Assembly: GCF_037042905.1 (NCBI RefSeq)
Contig: NC_087251.1
Span: 11,348,001-11,412,000 of the forward strand
DNA: 64,000 bases
Direction: 5' to 3'
Origin: Lytechinus pictus
Taxonomy: Eukaryota
The notes beneath the pieces were generated by a model. It had not been told where the DNA came from. It searched no databases and was given only the letters and a program-made list of their open reading frames with translations. This document shows, in pieces, positions 39,001 to 54,000 of the stretch (position 1 is its first letter; the number at the start of each line of letters is the position of its first letter). The translations under genes were made by a program, and so were the position numbers.

Positions 39001-42000
39001 GCTTATTTTGTTTTGTTTTTGCTTTATTATTGATAATAAAAATGAGAAGTTTCAAATTTGATTTCTGATGATGGTGCTGACTTAGCACCCTTCCATGCTT
39101 GACATCCTAGTGAGAATCATATCCTCATCAATTTAATAAACTATCACACTTCAAATTTTCATCAGCAAATAAAGAAATAAAAAAGAGAAATCAAATAAAA
39201 TAGTTATGATATAGTCCACATTGTTATACATGTACCATGGAAAAGGTAAACAATTATGCCAGAAAGCCAATTCATTTTAATTTTTAGTCACCAATTCCAA
39301 TTCTATATAGTAATTTTGTTTAATGTTCATTTGATTATTGTTATTTGATTGTTATTAATAAATGTAATTACCTTGTCCTATTAATCACTTTTGTCTTAGG
39401 TGTATTCTGATCTTGGTTCTGATGTCTTAGACTCTGCCTTTGAGGGTTACAATGCCTGTATATTTGCCTATGGACAAACAGGATCGGGAAAATCATTTAC
39501 AATGATGGGAGAACCGGTAGGTATTTAAATTGGGGGAAACTAGTTACTATGTTTAGTTTATAGATATACTTAACTTTGTGAGTGACTTTTCTTACAATGA
39601 TACTAATTCACTTAAGACCATGCAACGCAACACACAATAAGATGGGACATGACAACATTTGTCTCACTCAAGATTCTGTTGAAGCCTTAACCTGCCGAAA
39701 ACCAGTGCTACATAAAAAATGTAAAACTCGACTAAAATTAGATTAGTATGGGGACAATAATAAAGTCTGTTGATGTTGACTTTGGTACTCTACTTGTACA
39801 GTCTCAATCTGTTTAATACCCATGCTGTGATCCAACAAATATGAAAGAGAAATTTGTTATTAAATATTAGATCACATTTTCATGAAAGAAAAGATCATTC
39901 TATAGGTGATTTTCAGAAACTCAGGGGAGCATTTCATGAAATGTAATTTTTGCTGACATATGGCTCTAAATCCATCAGATGCAAACTTTTTAGTAGCTTT
40001 ATAACAGTTGTCACTGGAAGTCTCTGACTAGTAGCTTTATTATTAAATGCTTTTAGCTTTTTGATCAATTCTAATTGATCATGATAATAAGTAACATACA
40101 TCTACTACCAGTTAGTTACATCTATTTATGTTCACAATACATGCAGGAACCTGAATCAAATAGGAATACGGTCTTTGCTTGATATAACTCCCCCTCAACA
40201 GTTCAGTTTGGGTTCAGAAGCCCTCTGTGAATTGGCTTCTTGTCAAGTTAGAACAATTCAGGGGGTAAAATAAAAAGAATAATTCATCACATAAGCAATT
40301 CCCATGGCTATGTGACTCATCAGTTTATAGTGACCCTCTCCCTCAACAAACTTAATAGCTGGTACATGCCTAGCAATTTGCAATTACTTGAAGTAGGCGA
40401 CCTATTTGGGCTTAGTACATTACGTCTAATTAAGCTTCTTGTTGTGAACTAGAGGGGTGACTCTCCAATTAATGGTCGTTTATCTTGTTAATATCGACAA
40501 AATTACATATAAATGTGAGTAATTAGGTTAAATCATCACAGGTTTAGAGAAATTACATCATCATTGCTCGGGTAGGTTATGCTTAAAGATGAAACTATTT
40601 GAAACTTGTTTTGTTATTTCTATTGTATGTAAAGGGGAAGTTTATCCTGACAAAAAGTTTACTGCAAAAATAGCAGAAAAAATAATTAAAATATTGGCAA
40701 AGGTTTGAGGAAATCCATCAAAGAATACAAAATATGTTAGAATTTTAATTACCGGTATTTGAATTGTGACGTCATATGCAAGCAGCTTTCATACACATCC
40801 TATGGTAAATAATTGATGAAATGTCATTTTGTCAGAAAATTTTTAAGGTTTTTATTGTACCTTCAGTATATCAGTAGATCACTTCACACCCGCTCCTAAA
40901 TGGAAACAAAATAGTCATCACAAACCATTAAAAAATAAAAAATTATGCATTTTATATTATGTAACATATTGGGCAGCTGCTAGGTATGTGACGTCACAAA
41001 TTAAAAAAACTTCAAATTCTAATAACTTTCTTAATCATAAATGGATTTCCTCAAATCTTCAACAATATTTTTTTATCATTTGTTCTGCTGTTTTTACAAC
41101 AAAGTTCAAACTTTTCGTCTGGGTGTACTTCCTTTAAAAATAGATGCCAACATTTTAGTAGCTATTTATCTTAAATGTGTTACAGTATCTAAATATGATT
41201 ATAACAAGTTTTATGAAATGGGACAGGTCTTTTCATTCCTTTGACGGTTAAGGCCAGTGTGATATGAATGAAAATTTGTATTTTTTAAAGATAAAACTTA
41301 AGAATTACAAAGGTCTGGTTGGTAGATTTTCCTCCTTCATTTTATGTAGGCCTAGTTTAAAAAAAAAATGCAAAAAAGTAATAAAAGTAGAGCATATATG
41401 TTGGATAGTGTGTGTACCCAGTACATGTAGATGAGTGGCAAAGAATATCTTTTTGATATTTTATTCACCCTAATAGTGAACATCTTGCTGATTCATGCTC
41501 ATATTTATGTCTGAAAAATTCTTCTATACAGAAACTTATGTCTTTCTTGAGTTGTAAATAGTCAGAGATTATCTGTGTCAGAAAAATATTTTTAGATGCT
41601 AATGTTAGTTCATCAAAAATATTTTTGATTACAATTGCTCCAAATTATTATGTGGAATGGTTTTTATTATTATAGTGCACCTTATAATAGATTATTTCTG
41701 GATATGTGGTGCAATATCATTGCTTATAATTTTTTTAAATATATTTGTACTGTGGAGGACTTAAAGCCCAAACCCTATCTACTCTCAGACATATCCATTC
41801 CCAACACCATGCATTAAAAGAAAAATCATATTTATCAACTGTATGCGATTTTTCATTGTTATGACTCATATGTCTAAAAATGGCAGAAGACCACCATATG
41901 GTTTCCTCAAACAGCAATCCCAGAAATCAAGCAGATCAAAAATATCAACTAATGTGTGATTCTTGCCAATGCAAATATGCTTTAAAAATTGGCCTATTCT

Positions 42001-45000
42001 ACAGCTGTATTGATTAAAGGTCAAGTCCACCTCAGAAAAATGTTGATTTAAATAAATTTAGAAAAATCAGACAAGCATAATGCTGAAAATTTCATCAAAA
42101 TCGGATGTAAAATAAGAAAGTTATGACATTTCAAAGTTTCGCTTATTTTTAACAAAATAGTTATATGAACGAGCCAGTTGCATCCAAATGAGAGAGTCGA
42201 TGATGTCACTCACTCACTATTTCTTTTGTTTTTTATTGTTTGAATTATACAATATTTCAATTTTTACAAATTTGATGATTAGGACCTCCTTGCCTGAAGC
42301 ACAAAATGTTAAAATAATGGAATTCCACGTGTTCAGGGAGGAATGAAACTTCATTTCATATGACAATGACGAGAAAATCAAAATATTTCATATTTCATAT
42401 AATAAAATACAAAAGAAATAGTGAGTGAGTGATGTCATCAGTTCCCTCATTTGCATACCGACCGAGATGTGCATATAACTGTTTTGTGAAATGAAGCAAA
42501 ACTTTAAAATGTCATAACTTTCTTATTTTACATCCGATTTTGATGAAATTTTCAGTGTTATGCTCGTTGGATTTTTCTCTTTTTATTCAAATCAACTTTT
42601 TGTTGGGGTGGACTTGTCCTTTAATGAGCAATCCAGGCTTCTTGCAAAATCCAGGTTTCTATATTTATACATAGCTGTGTGCAGACTGGGAACCGGGACC
42701 TCTCAGTTTCTGTTGTTTGTTGTTGACATTTTAAAGATAATAGTGATGAATTTGATAATTTTGATAAGATGATAAATAAATTGGAGAGAGAGAGAGAAGA
42801 TGAGCATTTTTTGGGGGGAAGCTACTATTTTCTAGTCAAAATATCATATGATAGCTGCTTGTCTGCAATTTTTTTTTATATACTCACTCCAAAAGATGAA
42901 ATGAAGAATATCATACAAAAGCAAAGAAACAATTTTTGATATGGAAATAAAAAAGAAAACATGAAATGGTGATAGGACCTATTGAAAGAAATATTTCTTG
43001 TCACTATTCTTCATAATAATTTGGGATACAAGTACATTACGTCATATCTAACTCCAGCACTGGATTACCCGACTGAAGAATTTCAAAATACTCCCTCATC
43101 CTAATATGATACTATTAAGATTAATGGTATCAGCAAATTGCTGTACCATCCTCATTAAATTTGCCGCCCAGATATGAAAGATTGTAAGAGTGCAACTGGA
43201 TGTTGGATTGACCGTTGTGTGTGAGTCACCGGGTAAATTGAGTTCATTAGGCAAAACAACATCCCTTGTGTACATCGGGACATCAGGATGGCACTTCATG
43301 GGGAGGGGGTAAGGAGGAAGAAGAGGAAGTTATTCTTGTAATGAAAAGGGAAAAGAGAGGAGATAATAATTGGAAGAAAAGAAAAAAGAACAATAAATAA
43401 AGAAAAAGATTATTTGATTGTGTAGAGATACAGTATGCCATTTTTTATCATATTTCATTTGAAATCAGAGTAGCTAGATTAATGGTCGAGTGGATCAATG
43501 AAAAATAGAACTGGTGCATGTTTAATGTTATGTTATTTTGATGTATCTGTGCATCAAAAAGTTATTTTTATTTACATGTTGAGTTATTTCCTTTGAAAGG
43601 AAACAAATCCTTCACCTTGAGCCCTGTTTTGACTAACTATCAAGGTTTCAAAAAAAGCATTTTACAATTGTTAATGAATCCTCCCGGGGGGGGGGGGGCA
43701 CTCAGTATATAGTGCATAGTGGGTATGTGCCGCGGAGGGGACCCCCATTTTTACACTCAAATTTCCGTTCCAAGGCATAGCATTTTTTGTCTTATTGAGA
43801 TAATAGAAGAAAGAAATCCGCTCCAAAGCTTCGCATATACATGTATTTCGTTACACCGTTCCGGCCGCATTGATCTGCGACAATGAGCTGCAATTTTGGT
43901 GTAAAGCTGCCGCAGAGCGCTGTCCGACCATAGCCTCTGCGCGAGCGCACCACGGAGCGCACTCGGCGCCCATGGAACCGGACTAGAGCTCTGCATGCCC
44001 GTTCCATAGGGATGCATAGGCACTCACACGCAGGCGAACCGTTCCAAGGACCCCCGTTTTCACAAACATGTTTAGTTCCGAAGCCCGTTCCGAGGATCCC
44101 TCCTTTTTACAATAAGCCCGCTCCAAGGCCCCCGTTTTTTGTCTCGCCCGCGGCACATACCTACCACTTTTTGGGTCGAGTACCCCCCCCTCCCCGGGGA
44201 ATCCTCTTACGTGCCTTAGAGACTTTCCCCAACTTAGCAGTAAATATATAGATTTAAATCATCCAGAAAAAAAAATCTAGTTTTAATGCACATGATTTTT
44301 TAATCAGAGAAAAACAATAATTAGTGTTCAGCTGTACATGATTATAAATGGGTCTTTATTTTTAGTGCAGCAGCATAGATTCTCATGTACACAGTACTTT
44401 CATACTGGCTCTTAATATATGCTTTCCAGTTTTAGTTGAAACATTCTTCTTGCATGTACTTGTAAGCAGTCAATGGATCAATGAAGTGTTTCATTTGTGT
44501 TCTTATTTTTCCCCACCAGGATGGACCAGGCCTTATACCAAGAATATGTGAGGTAAAATATGTATGCTTTCACTTTCTTTCCTTCTTTGCTTGTAAATGA
44601 TTAATGTTTCAAGATTAAAGAGAAACTAGATTTTAATTCGTCATGCGGACGAATTAGGTGGTCTGTCCTTATTCTCGCCATCATGATCACTATTACCATG
44701 TTCAAGCAGATCAATATGATCTTCATGATGACAACGGAATGTTCATTATGGATGGAATACTTGTGAAAGACGGGAGATGATAAAGCACTGTGAAAAGGGT
44801 CTCTTTGATATATGAAAATACATGTGATATGAAAAAAGTAATTATAATCTGTTTAATCTTGCTAAATTTTAACTTTCATACCTTTTCATTATCATAAAGG
44901 ATCATGTACGAGGTATTAAAAAGAAAAAAAAAAGAAAAAAAAAATTTGGCGATTCTATGTTCCGTTTTTTTGCAAAATGCTTAAAATGGCCTGAAACGTA

Positions 45001-48000
45001 TGGAAAATTAATTTGGAACGAATTTGAGCATTTTAAAATTTTAATGCGCGCGTACGTGCGCGTCGAGGTGCGCGCGCGGAATTTGATGAAATTTTTAGAT
45101 GACCGTTGACCTGAAGTTGATGTATACCAAATATAGTTGATTTTTGATGACTCGTTATCGAGATATGATAATGACCTGATTTTTACAAAATGGCGCCTGG
45201 ATGACGTCACGATGACCTAATGACCTTGAAAAAAGGAGGGCACACTTCCGAAAGCTTAGAATCTCAGCTACATCATACCAAAAGCTCAGGGATAACTAAC
45301 AAGAAAAAATGGAGATATAGCTCACGAAATAGAGGAATGTAGAATCTAGTTTTGAGAAAAAGTCCTGTCCCATAGAGATTACACGTAAAATGAGGAAAAA
45401 TGACATGCCTCTTTTCATTGCAATTTTACACCATGATGCGTTTTTCAAAATGAGGATTCATGTAACTGACAAGAAATATTACATTCTAAACTACAACACA
45501 TCGAAATCTGGGCGAAAAATGATCAATATTCACGGAGTTATGATCAAATTTGCATAAATTTGATGACGTCATTTTTGAAAAAATGAAATTTTCAGTTTAG
45601 GCGCAATTTTGATGACGTCATGATCAAATTGAGGGACAATGGTGACATGAAATCAAATCTACAACTCATACTCTATCGATATATGAAAAAAAATTGGGGG
45701 TCAACGGACTATTTAAAGAGCTACAGTGAATTTTTAATAGGCATGTTTTTGCCCATATATGGCCTATAGTAAGAGCTCGCGCGCACACGTGCTGCAAACT
45801 TTAACGGGTGTTAATTTCGTTATTAATGGTCGTAGAAGGTTGATCAAGGTATCAAATTGCTCAGAATTATATTATCAATGCAATGATATAAAAAAAACGG
45901 CGTTTCTGTGTTGCGTTGAAGGCGTTACGCGCGGAAACGCGCGCGCATACCTGTGCGTGCGCAAATTTTTGAAATGCTTAAAATGACCTGAAACGTACTT
46001 TACTTTGGTCAGAAAGTGATTTTGAGCATTTTAAAAATTTGACGAGCGCGTACGCGCGCGTCGTGACCTCCAGGTGACCTTTGATGACATGACCTGTTGA
46101 CCCTTGACCTGAAGTTGATGTGATGTTAATTTGATTGATTTTTGATAATTGATAATGGAGATATGATCGACAATGTGATTTTACAAAATGGCGCCTGGAT
46201 GACGTCATCATGACCTGATGACCTTGAAAAAGTTGATTTTACTTGAAATCATAGGGCTTGATGACTGACAGAAATTTCAAGGAAATTGACCATGTCGATT
46301 TCGAGTGAACGTGTGTACAAAAAAGTGTACGGAAGAAATAAAAATAAATAAAGAATAAATAAAGAATAATAAATAAAGAAAGAAAATTCTAGCGAAATCA
46401 AGAGGTGATCTGTCGTTGACAGACCACCTAATAAAGAATAAAGAAAGAAAATTCTGGCGAAATCAATAGGTGATCTGTCGTTGACAGACCACCTAATAAA
46501 GAAGAAAGAATTGAGCTAAAATATTTCCCATAGACTTTACACGTAAGGAAAATACGAGAATATCCAATCCAATTTTGCAAGTGAAATACGGGCATGATCC
46601 CGGCATCTGATCGAAAAAATAGGTCGACATTTTCGAAAGCTTAGAATCTCAGCTACAACATACTAAAAGCTCAGGAAAAACTGACAAGAAGAAATGGAGA
46701 TATGGCTCACGAAATAGAGGAATGTCGAATCTAGTTTTGAGAAAAAGTCATGTCCCATAGAGATTACATGCAAAATGAGGAAAAATGACATGTCTTTATT
46801 ATTTGCAATTTTTGAGGATGATCCGTTTATTAAAATGAAAATTAAAGGCAATAATTCAGAAAGAGTAAGACTTAAGCTACAACATATCGAAAAATGGGCG
46901 AAAATTGACCAATATTCACGGAGTTAGAGCCTAATTTGCATAATTGTTATGACGTCATAACAAGGAAAATTGATATTTTAACTTCCGACGCCATTTTGAT
47001 GATGTCATGATCGAATTGAGGGATAATGGTGACATGGAATCAAATCTACAACTCATACTCTATTGATATATGAAAAAAAATTGGGGGTCAACGGACTATT
47101 TAAAGAACTACAGTGAATTTTTAATAGGCATGTTTTTGCCCATATATGGCCTATAGTAAGAGCTCGCGCGTACACGTGCTGCAAACTTTAACGGGTGTTA
47201 ATTTCGTTATTAATGATCGTAGAAGGTTGATCAAGGTATCAAATTGCTCAGAATTATATTATCAATGCAATGATATAAAAAAACGGCGTTTCTGCGTTGC
47301 GTTGAAGGCGTTACGCGCGGAAACGCGCGCGCATACCTGTGCGTGCGCAAATTTTTGAAATGCTTAAAATGACCTGAAACGTACTTTACTTTGGTCAAAA
47401 AGTGATTTTGAGCATTTTAAAAATTTGACGAGCGCGTACGCGCGCGTCGTGACCTCCAGGTGACCTTTGATGACATGACCTGTTGACCCGTGACCTGAAG
47501 TTAATGTAATATGAATTTTATTGATTTTTGATAATTGATAATGGAGATATGATCGACAATGTGATTTTACAAAATGGCGCCTGGATGACGTCATCATGAC
47601 CTGATGACCTTGAAAAAGTTGATTTTACTTGAAATCATGGGACTTGATGACTGACAGAAATTTGAAGGAAATTGACCATGTCGATTTCGAGTGAACGTGT
47701 GTACAAAAAAGTGTACGGAAGAAATAAAAATAAATAAAGAATAAAGAAAGAAAATTCTGGCGAAATCAATAGGTGATCTGTCGTTGACAGACCACCTAAT
47801 AATGATAGGCTTAGAAAACATTGAGAAATCTGATCTGTGATTAAACATTTTTTTAAATATGGCTGGTTCAGATGTTAAAATTAAATGGTTTTAGATTTAG
47901 ATTAGTATACATTAAATGGTTTTAGATTTAGATTAGTGTACATGTGTAAAGCATTTCCTTTACAAATTTATTATGGTACATTATTATTTTGAGTGACTCC

Positions 48001-51000
48001 ATTAATTAATTTCCAGGGACTGTTTACGAGGATCAGGACCGATTCAGATGATGTATCATACAGGACAGAGGTCAGGTATGTATGGTGTAGGACACCATAG
48101 TTTAACAGTGAAGAAAATCTTGCTGTCATAAACGAATAAGGAATGCATAATGTAAAGTTACCATTTTTGTCTCGCCTGCATAGCAGAGCGAGACTATAGG
48201 CGCCGCTTTTCCGACGGCGGCGGCGGCGTCAACATCAAATCTTAACCTAAGGTTAAGTTTTTGAAATGACATCATAACTTAGAAAGTATATGGACCTAGT
48301 TCATGAAACTTGGACATAAAGTTAATCAAGTATTACTGAACATCCTGCCTGAGTTTCAGGTCACATGACCAAGGTCAAAGGTCATTTAGGGTCAATGAAC
48401 TTAGACCATGTTGGGAAAATTATTTTCAAAATCTTAACCGAAGGTTAAGTTTTTGAAATTACATCATAACTTAGAAAGTATATGGACCTAGTTCATGAAA
48501 CTTGGGCATAAGGTTAATCAAGTATTAGTGAACATCCTGTTTCAGTTTCAGGTCACATGACCAAGGTCAAAGGTCATTTAGGGTCAATGAACTTTGGTCA
48601 AGTTGGGGGTATTTGTTGAATTACTATCATAACTTTGAAAATTTATGGATCTAGTCCATGAAACTTGGACATAAGGTTAATCAAGTATTAGTGAACATCC
48701 TGCCTGAGTTTCAGGTCACATGACCAAGGTCAAAGGTCATTTAGGGTCAATGAACTTTGGCCAAGTTGGGGGTATTTGTTGAATTACCATCATAACTTTG
48801 AAAATTTATGGATTTAGTTCATGAAACTTGGACATTAGGTTAATCAAGTACCACTGAATATCCTGTGCGAGTTTCAGGTCACATGACCATGGTCGATGGT
48901 CATTTAAGATCAATGAACTTTGGCCGTGTTGGGGGTATATGTTAAATTACCATCCTAGCTCTGAAAGTTTATGGATCTAGTTCATAAAACTTGGACATAA
49001 GAGTAATCAAGTATCACTGAACATCCTGTACGAGTTTCAGGTCACATGACCATGGTCAAAGGTCATTAAAGGTCAATGAACTTTGGCCGTGTTGGGGGTA
49101 TTTGTTGAATTACCATCCTAACTGTGAAAGTTTATGGATCTAGTTCATAAAACTTGGGATATAAGAGTAATCAAGCATCACTGAACATCCCCTGTGAGTT
49201 TCAGGTCACAAAACCAAGTCAAAGGTCAGTTAAGGTCAATAAACTTAGGCCATGTTGGGGTAATTGTTGAAGTGCCATCATAACTTTGAAAGTTTATGGA
49301 TAGAGTGAATGAAATGTGGACATGGGTGTAGTTGACAGTCTTAAGTCTCCGTTCAAATGTCATTTATGGTCAATGAACGTGGTATTATGTCATTATATGA
49401 ATGATGTTTTTGTGAATGATTATTTTATAGTAGTTTTCAAAGTTAGCACTGCTGCTATATTAAATTGCGTAATGCAGGCGAGACTGCCAGAGGCGTTCCA
49501 CTTGTTAGCCAAAAGCGAGTGCAGCATGTCTTGATTTATAATTTTTCTTTGAGTAATATATGCAATTAAAGCATGACTATATGCACACATTTAACACTGG
49601 AAAATTTAAAACCCAGTAAGGATGTTTGTCACCTCTTATGCAAGCATGATGTTTAAATCAAATTTAATTTGGCATTCGTTTTAAAAAAATATTTAATTTT
49701 CTTTATTTATTAATTTATTGGTATAAACATGACATATAGATATTGCCCAGCAGCACACACTGAGGGGTCAATTTACTAATTTATGAATTACAATATAATA
49801 CATTTTCAATCACTTACAGTGTTTTCACAATTGCCTGTACACTATTAATTTGCCATTACGTACAAAATGTGTCATAACCAAATGGTCGCAAATGAATCCA
49901 CAACCAACTGTGAAAGTCCCTGTACATTAATATTGCATTCAGGTGTGATATGATGCATGCATGTACATGTGTCAACATTAATCTTGTTTTGTACATTCAT
50001 CCTACACATTGTCTGCCTTCATTATTATTGATATTGAACATCATTTTGCTCTACTGCCTGGTGCTCTCACACCCTCCCATTTGGATAATTCCCAATATTG
50101 GAAAGACCTTACTCAGGGCCCCATTATTAGAATTGCTGGCAGTGTGAAAGCAAATTATTTGAACATTTACTGTAAATGTTACATAGTAAATGATAAATGC
50201 ATAGATAGAATTAAGTGAAACAGATACCAACCGAATATATTTTGCTTGTAACTCCTACCTAAACTGGGTGATTATGGCAATGGTTTTATATATGCTTGTA
50301 GAGTTTCGCATTTCTGTTGAAAATAAGCATTTTCATGACCTGGGTTTTGAAGGAATAAAAGTTTTCATCAATAGCTTTCACACTGGGAAAGTTTGCATAA
50401 TTTTGAAAAATACCTTATTGATGGGTACCACTATTTTATAGGGAAAGGAGAGTGGGGGGTATTACAAGTACTTTGCCTCTCTGTTCACATTGGCAAAGTA
50501 CTTGGTACGGTGTAGTTTCTGATGAATATCCAATCTGAAGTAGACTTGGTATTTATCATTTGCAGGAAGGTGTAAAAGCATGTCTTGTAACATTTTCTCA
50601 AAGCTACAGGGACTGTGGTTATAAAACCACCATTAATCATAATAAACCACAGATACACTTGTCTGCTGTGTTAGTTAAACAGCATTGCATCACCTGACTC
50701 AGAAACAATTGGCTGAATACATGGCATTGTGATAGTGACAACAGAACCCATTTGCATTTAACATGTATTCTTACTGATCAGAACTTAGTTTTTTTTATAA
50801 TGTTTTATCTTTTTATAACACCTTTGTAATATTTCATGTACTGGTATGTCTTAACAATTTTTTTTAGATAATACCTTCCCAAGTTACCACCTGTATAAAA
50901 AGACGACCTGTCTATAAAATATTGCATATGGTTACCTTTTCCAGATATGAAAGCCCTACTGTATGGATTTACATGATTATTTGACCTAGTATCTTAGTTT

Positions 51001-54000
51001 TATTGTATTTGCATAGAATCATTGTACAGCCACAGTTGTATTAATTATGTGGGGAAATTTTCCCTTCATTTTGTAAAAGTGTTGCAAAGTGTGTTTTATC
51101 AGTTTCAATTTCCATAGTCTCTAAGAGAATGTAATCAAAGTAGTTTTGTTCAATTTCAGTTTATTTGAGATTAGTCAGAATACCATTATCATTTACATGT
51201 CAATGATTTAAAAAGCTTTTTTAATATTGTCCTAATTTCCTCTAAGTTGTATTCACATGAACAACAGCCCTGGCTGGATTAATGTTATAGTTTCGTTGAG
51301 AGTTTGAGGAAATACAAGCAGAACTAAAACAAGAAATGTCAAGCACAGCATTTGAAGATGTTTTGTTTCATATTTGCATAAAGATAATTGACAGATGCGG
51401 TGAAGGATAAAAGGATTTGAATGGTAGCATTTCATTATCCAGTCATATATTTGTAACTTAATCAATAATTTTATGAAATATGTTTGATTGCTTTATGCCC
51501 AATAGTCTCTCAGACCCCTTGTAAAATATTTTAAAATGAAACCTGGCTGTTTGTCTGTAAAATGCAAATGATCATGGAAGATGGAAAATAAATCAGATTG
51601 TCATTCATTCTCCTCCTCATTGTCATGGTAATCATCAAATCCCACCTTTAGAAGTAATGTACTTTAGCATATCAATATACTTTTGCCACTCTCCACCCAG
51701 GTGTTAGATGGCTGACCAGTAGGATATGATCATAAGTGTTATTTTGGGTTCCCAATCTGAGTGCCACTTTGCTGCTTATTGATAGAATACTCCCCAGGGA
51801 GTGGGGATTGTTCGTACTGTACATTGACAATGAACAAACCAAGATCCATGACTTGGGTAATGACATATCTTCTCAATGCATGAAGCACTATGAAAAGTGG
51901 AATTTTATTACCATTGCCACCATATCACCTTTGTAGATATTGTTTTATTGAATATAGTAATTATTTGTGATATTTATGTTTTTATTGTCTTTCCTAATAG
52001 TTATCTTGAGATTTACTGTGAGCGTGTGAGGGATTTACTGAAGACTGGTAGAGAACACACGTTACGAGTGAGAGAACATCCAAGAGATGGGCCGTATGTA
52101 CAAGGTATGTAAACAAAATGAGAGAGCTTTCTAAGCTTTCTCACTTTACTGGCTGGTTAAGATGGCGGTCCATGATAGTTGACGATCACCATGATCTACA
52201 CAGTGTTGCACCCATACAGATACTGTGGTAACTCCTGTACCACGAACTCTGAGAACTGTGGGGGAATCACACACCAAAATTAATCATGTTTATTCTTATG
52301 TGACAGATTTGGGGTTTAAAATGATGTTCACCATGGGAAGAATGGTATCCTCCTTGATTGCATTATGTAGATGTTGATTAGTGATAAAACCATATAAAAG
52401 TCAATCAGTCAAAGTGAAAGCATTTGAAATTCTTGTAATATTGCTGCATTTTAGAATATGTATTTACCCATCGATGTTATTAATAACTGTATAAGGGTAA
52501 ATTGTAATGTGAAATTTATGCCATCACTTTGAATTAAGAACTTCCTTGAACAGGGTTAGTGAGATAATACGAGGCAATAGGAGGAATGTACATAGCAATC
52601 TTATAACATTCCATAGCCATAAATATTTGATCATCTTTATTGTGGATACAAACATCTTATCTCTGGTTTAAGAATAATCCTAGCAATTCTTCTTTGGAAA
52701 CGATAAACCTGTCATTATTGTGAGATATTTTTAAGTGGAATTGTGTCTGCCTTTTTCTTAAGATTTATCACATCTTATTTCAGATTAGTTTTGTGTTGAT
52801 ATAACATGTTCTATTTAAATTCAATGTTCTTGAATACTTGTCCTTGTATTTGTAACAAAACTCTGATTGTTTATTATTTTGTCACTCCAGATTTATCAAA
52901 GCACTTGGTTTCAGATTACTATGATGTCAAGGCACTTATGGATAAAGGCAACATACAAAGGTACTTTCATATCAGGTTCCTTTAAGGTCATTTTCACCCA
53001 TAGAAAAAATTGTTTTATGAATAAATAGAGAAAGTAAAGCAAGTTCAGCACAAAATATCTATTGAAACTGGATGTTACATAAGACATTTATGACATTTTA
53101 AACTTCTACTTATTTTGACCAGTCATACTTAAATTTGTGTGAAACGTTAAAAAAAAAAATCACCATCTAGGAAAGTTAGTTTGGATGGTTAACAAAAACA
53201 TATGTAATTTAAGACCCTTTCACACTGTTCTATGCAAGCCTAGGGTGTGACTTGCAGGTGACAATTTTTGCTACTCACAGTTTCATGCAGGCAAATGACA
53301 GTAATTTGTGCAGATCTTGTTGCAGTTTCTTGCATGAATGCATGCAAGTCCGATTTGCCCACAGAAAAGTTTTGAACACACTTGTTCAGGGTGATTCGCA
53401 GGTGATGCAATCAATCAATATGTACATGTAACATGAAAAATCAAATTTTTTTAAAGAAAAAAAAAACAAAGTCCTTTCATTCCTTGATCTATATATTTAT
53501 TCATGTTATATTTCCACAAGGTAGCCCTTTCAGTTAGCAAACCGATATACAAAGGGGCCTTGCAACACACAAAAAAAACACAATTTGATATATTACAATA
53601 TAAACATAAAATATGAAATAAAATGAAAATAATACATAGAGAAACAAATATACTATATGAAATGGAGTTTAAAAAGAAAAAGAAAAAAAGAGCCTCTCAA
53701 CAATGACAAATGTATGAATAAAAATCAAGATTACAAAAATTAATCAAAGGAATGACATTTAAAAATTGAACATTAGCTCCTGCAAAATTCATTAGAGCAG
53801 AAGTCTAAATTGGAAATGCAGGATTAAGGTGATTAACAGATGATTTATTTATCAGTGATTTATTTAATTCTAATGTGAGCTCCAGCAGTTGGTATCACAC
53901 TCCCTCTAAGCGGCCATTTTCTTTCAGTTTTATTTGTCAGGCTTTTCCTGTGTCTTTGGTGATGTGTCGTCACTAAGTACCCCGATGATAGTGCTTTCTG

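Noticed and set aside
45759..47597. Duplicated small ORF pairs as a gene cassette
   Set aside because: They lie within a duplicated HINE, are frameshifted relative to each other and show no Rep/helicase or other motifs
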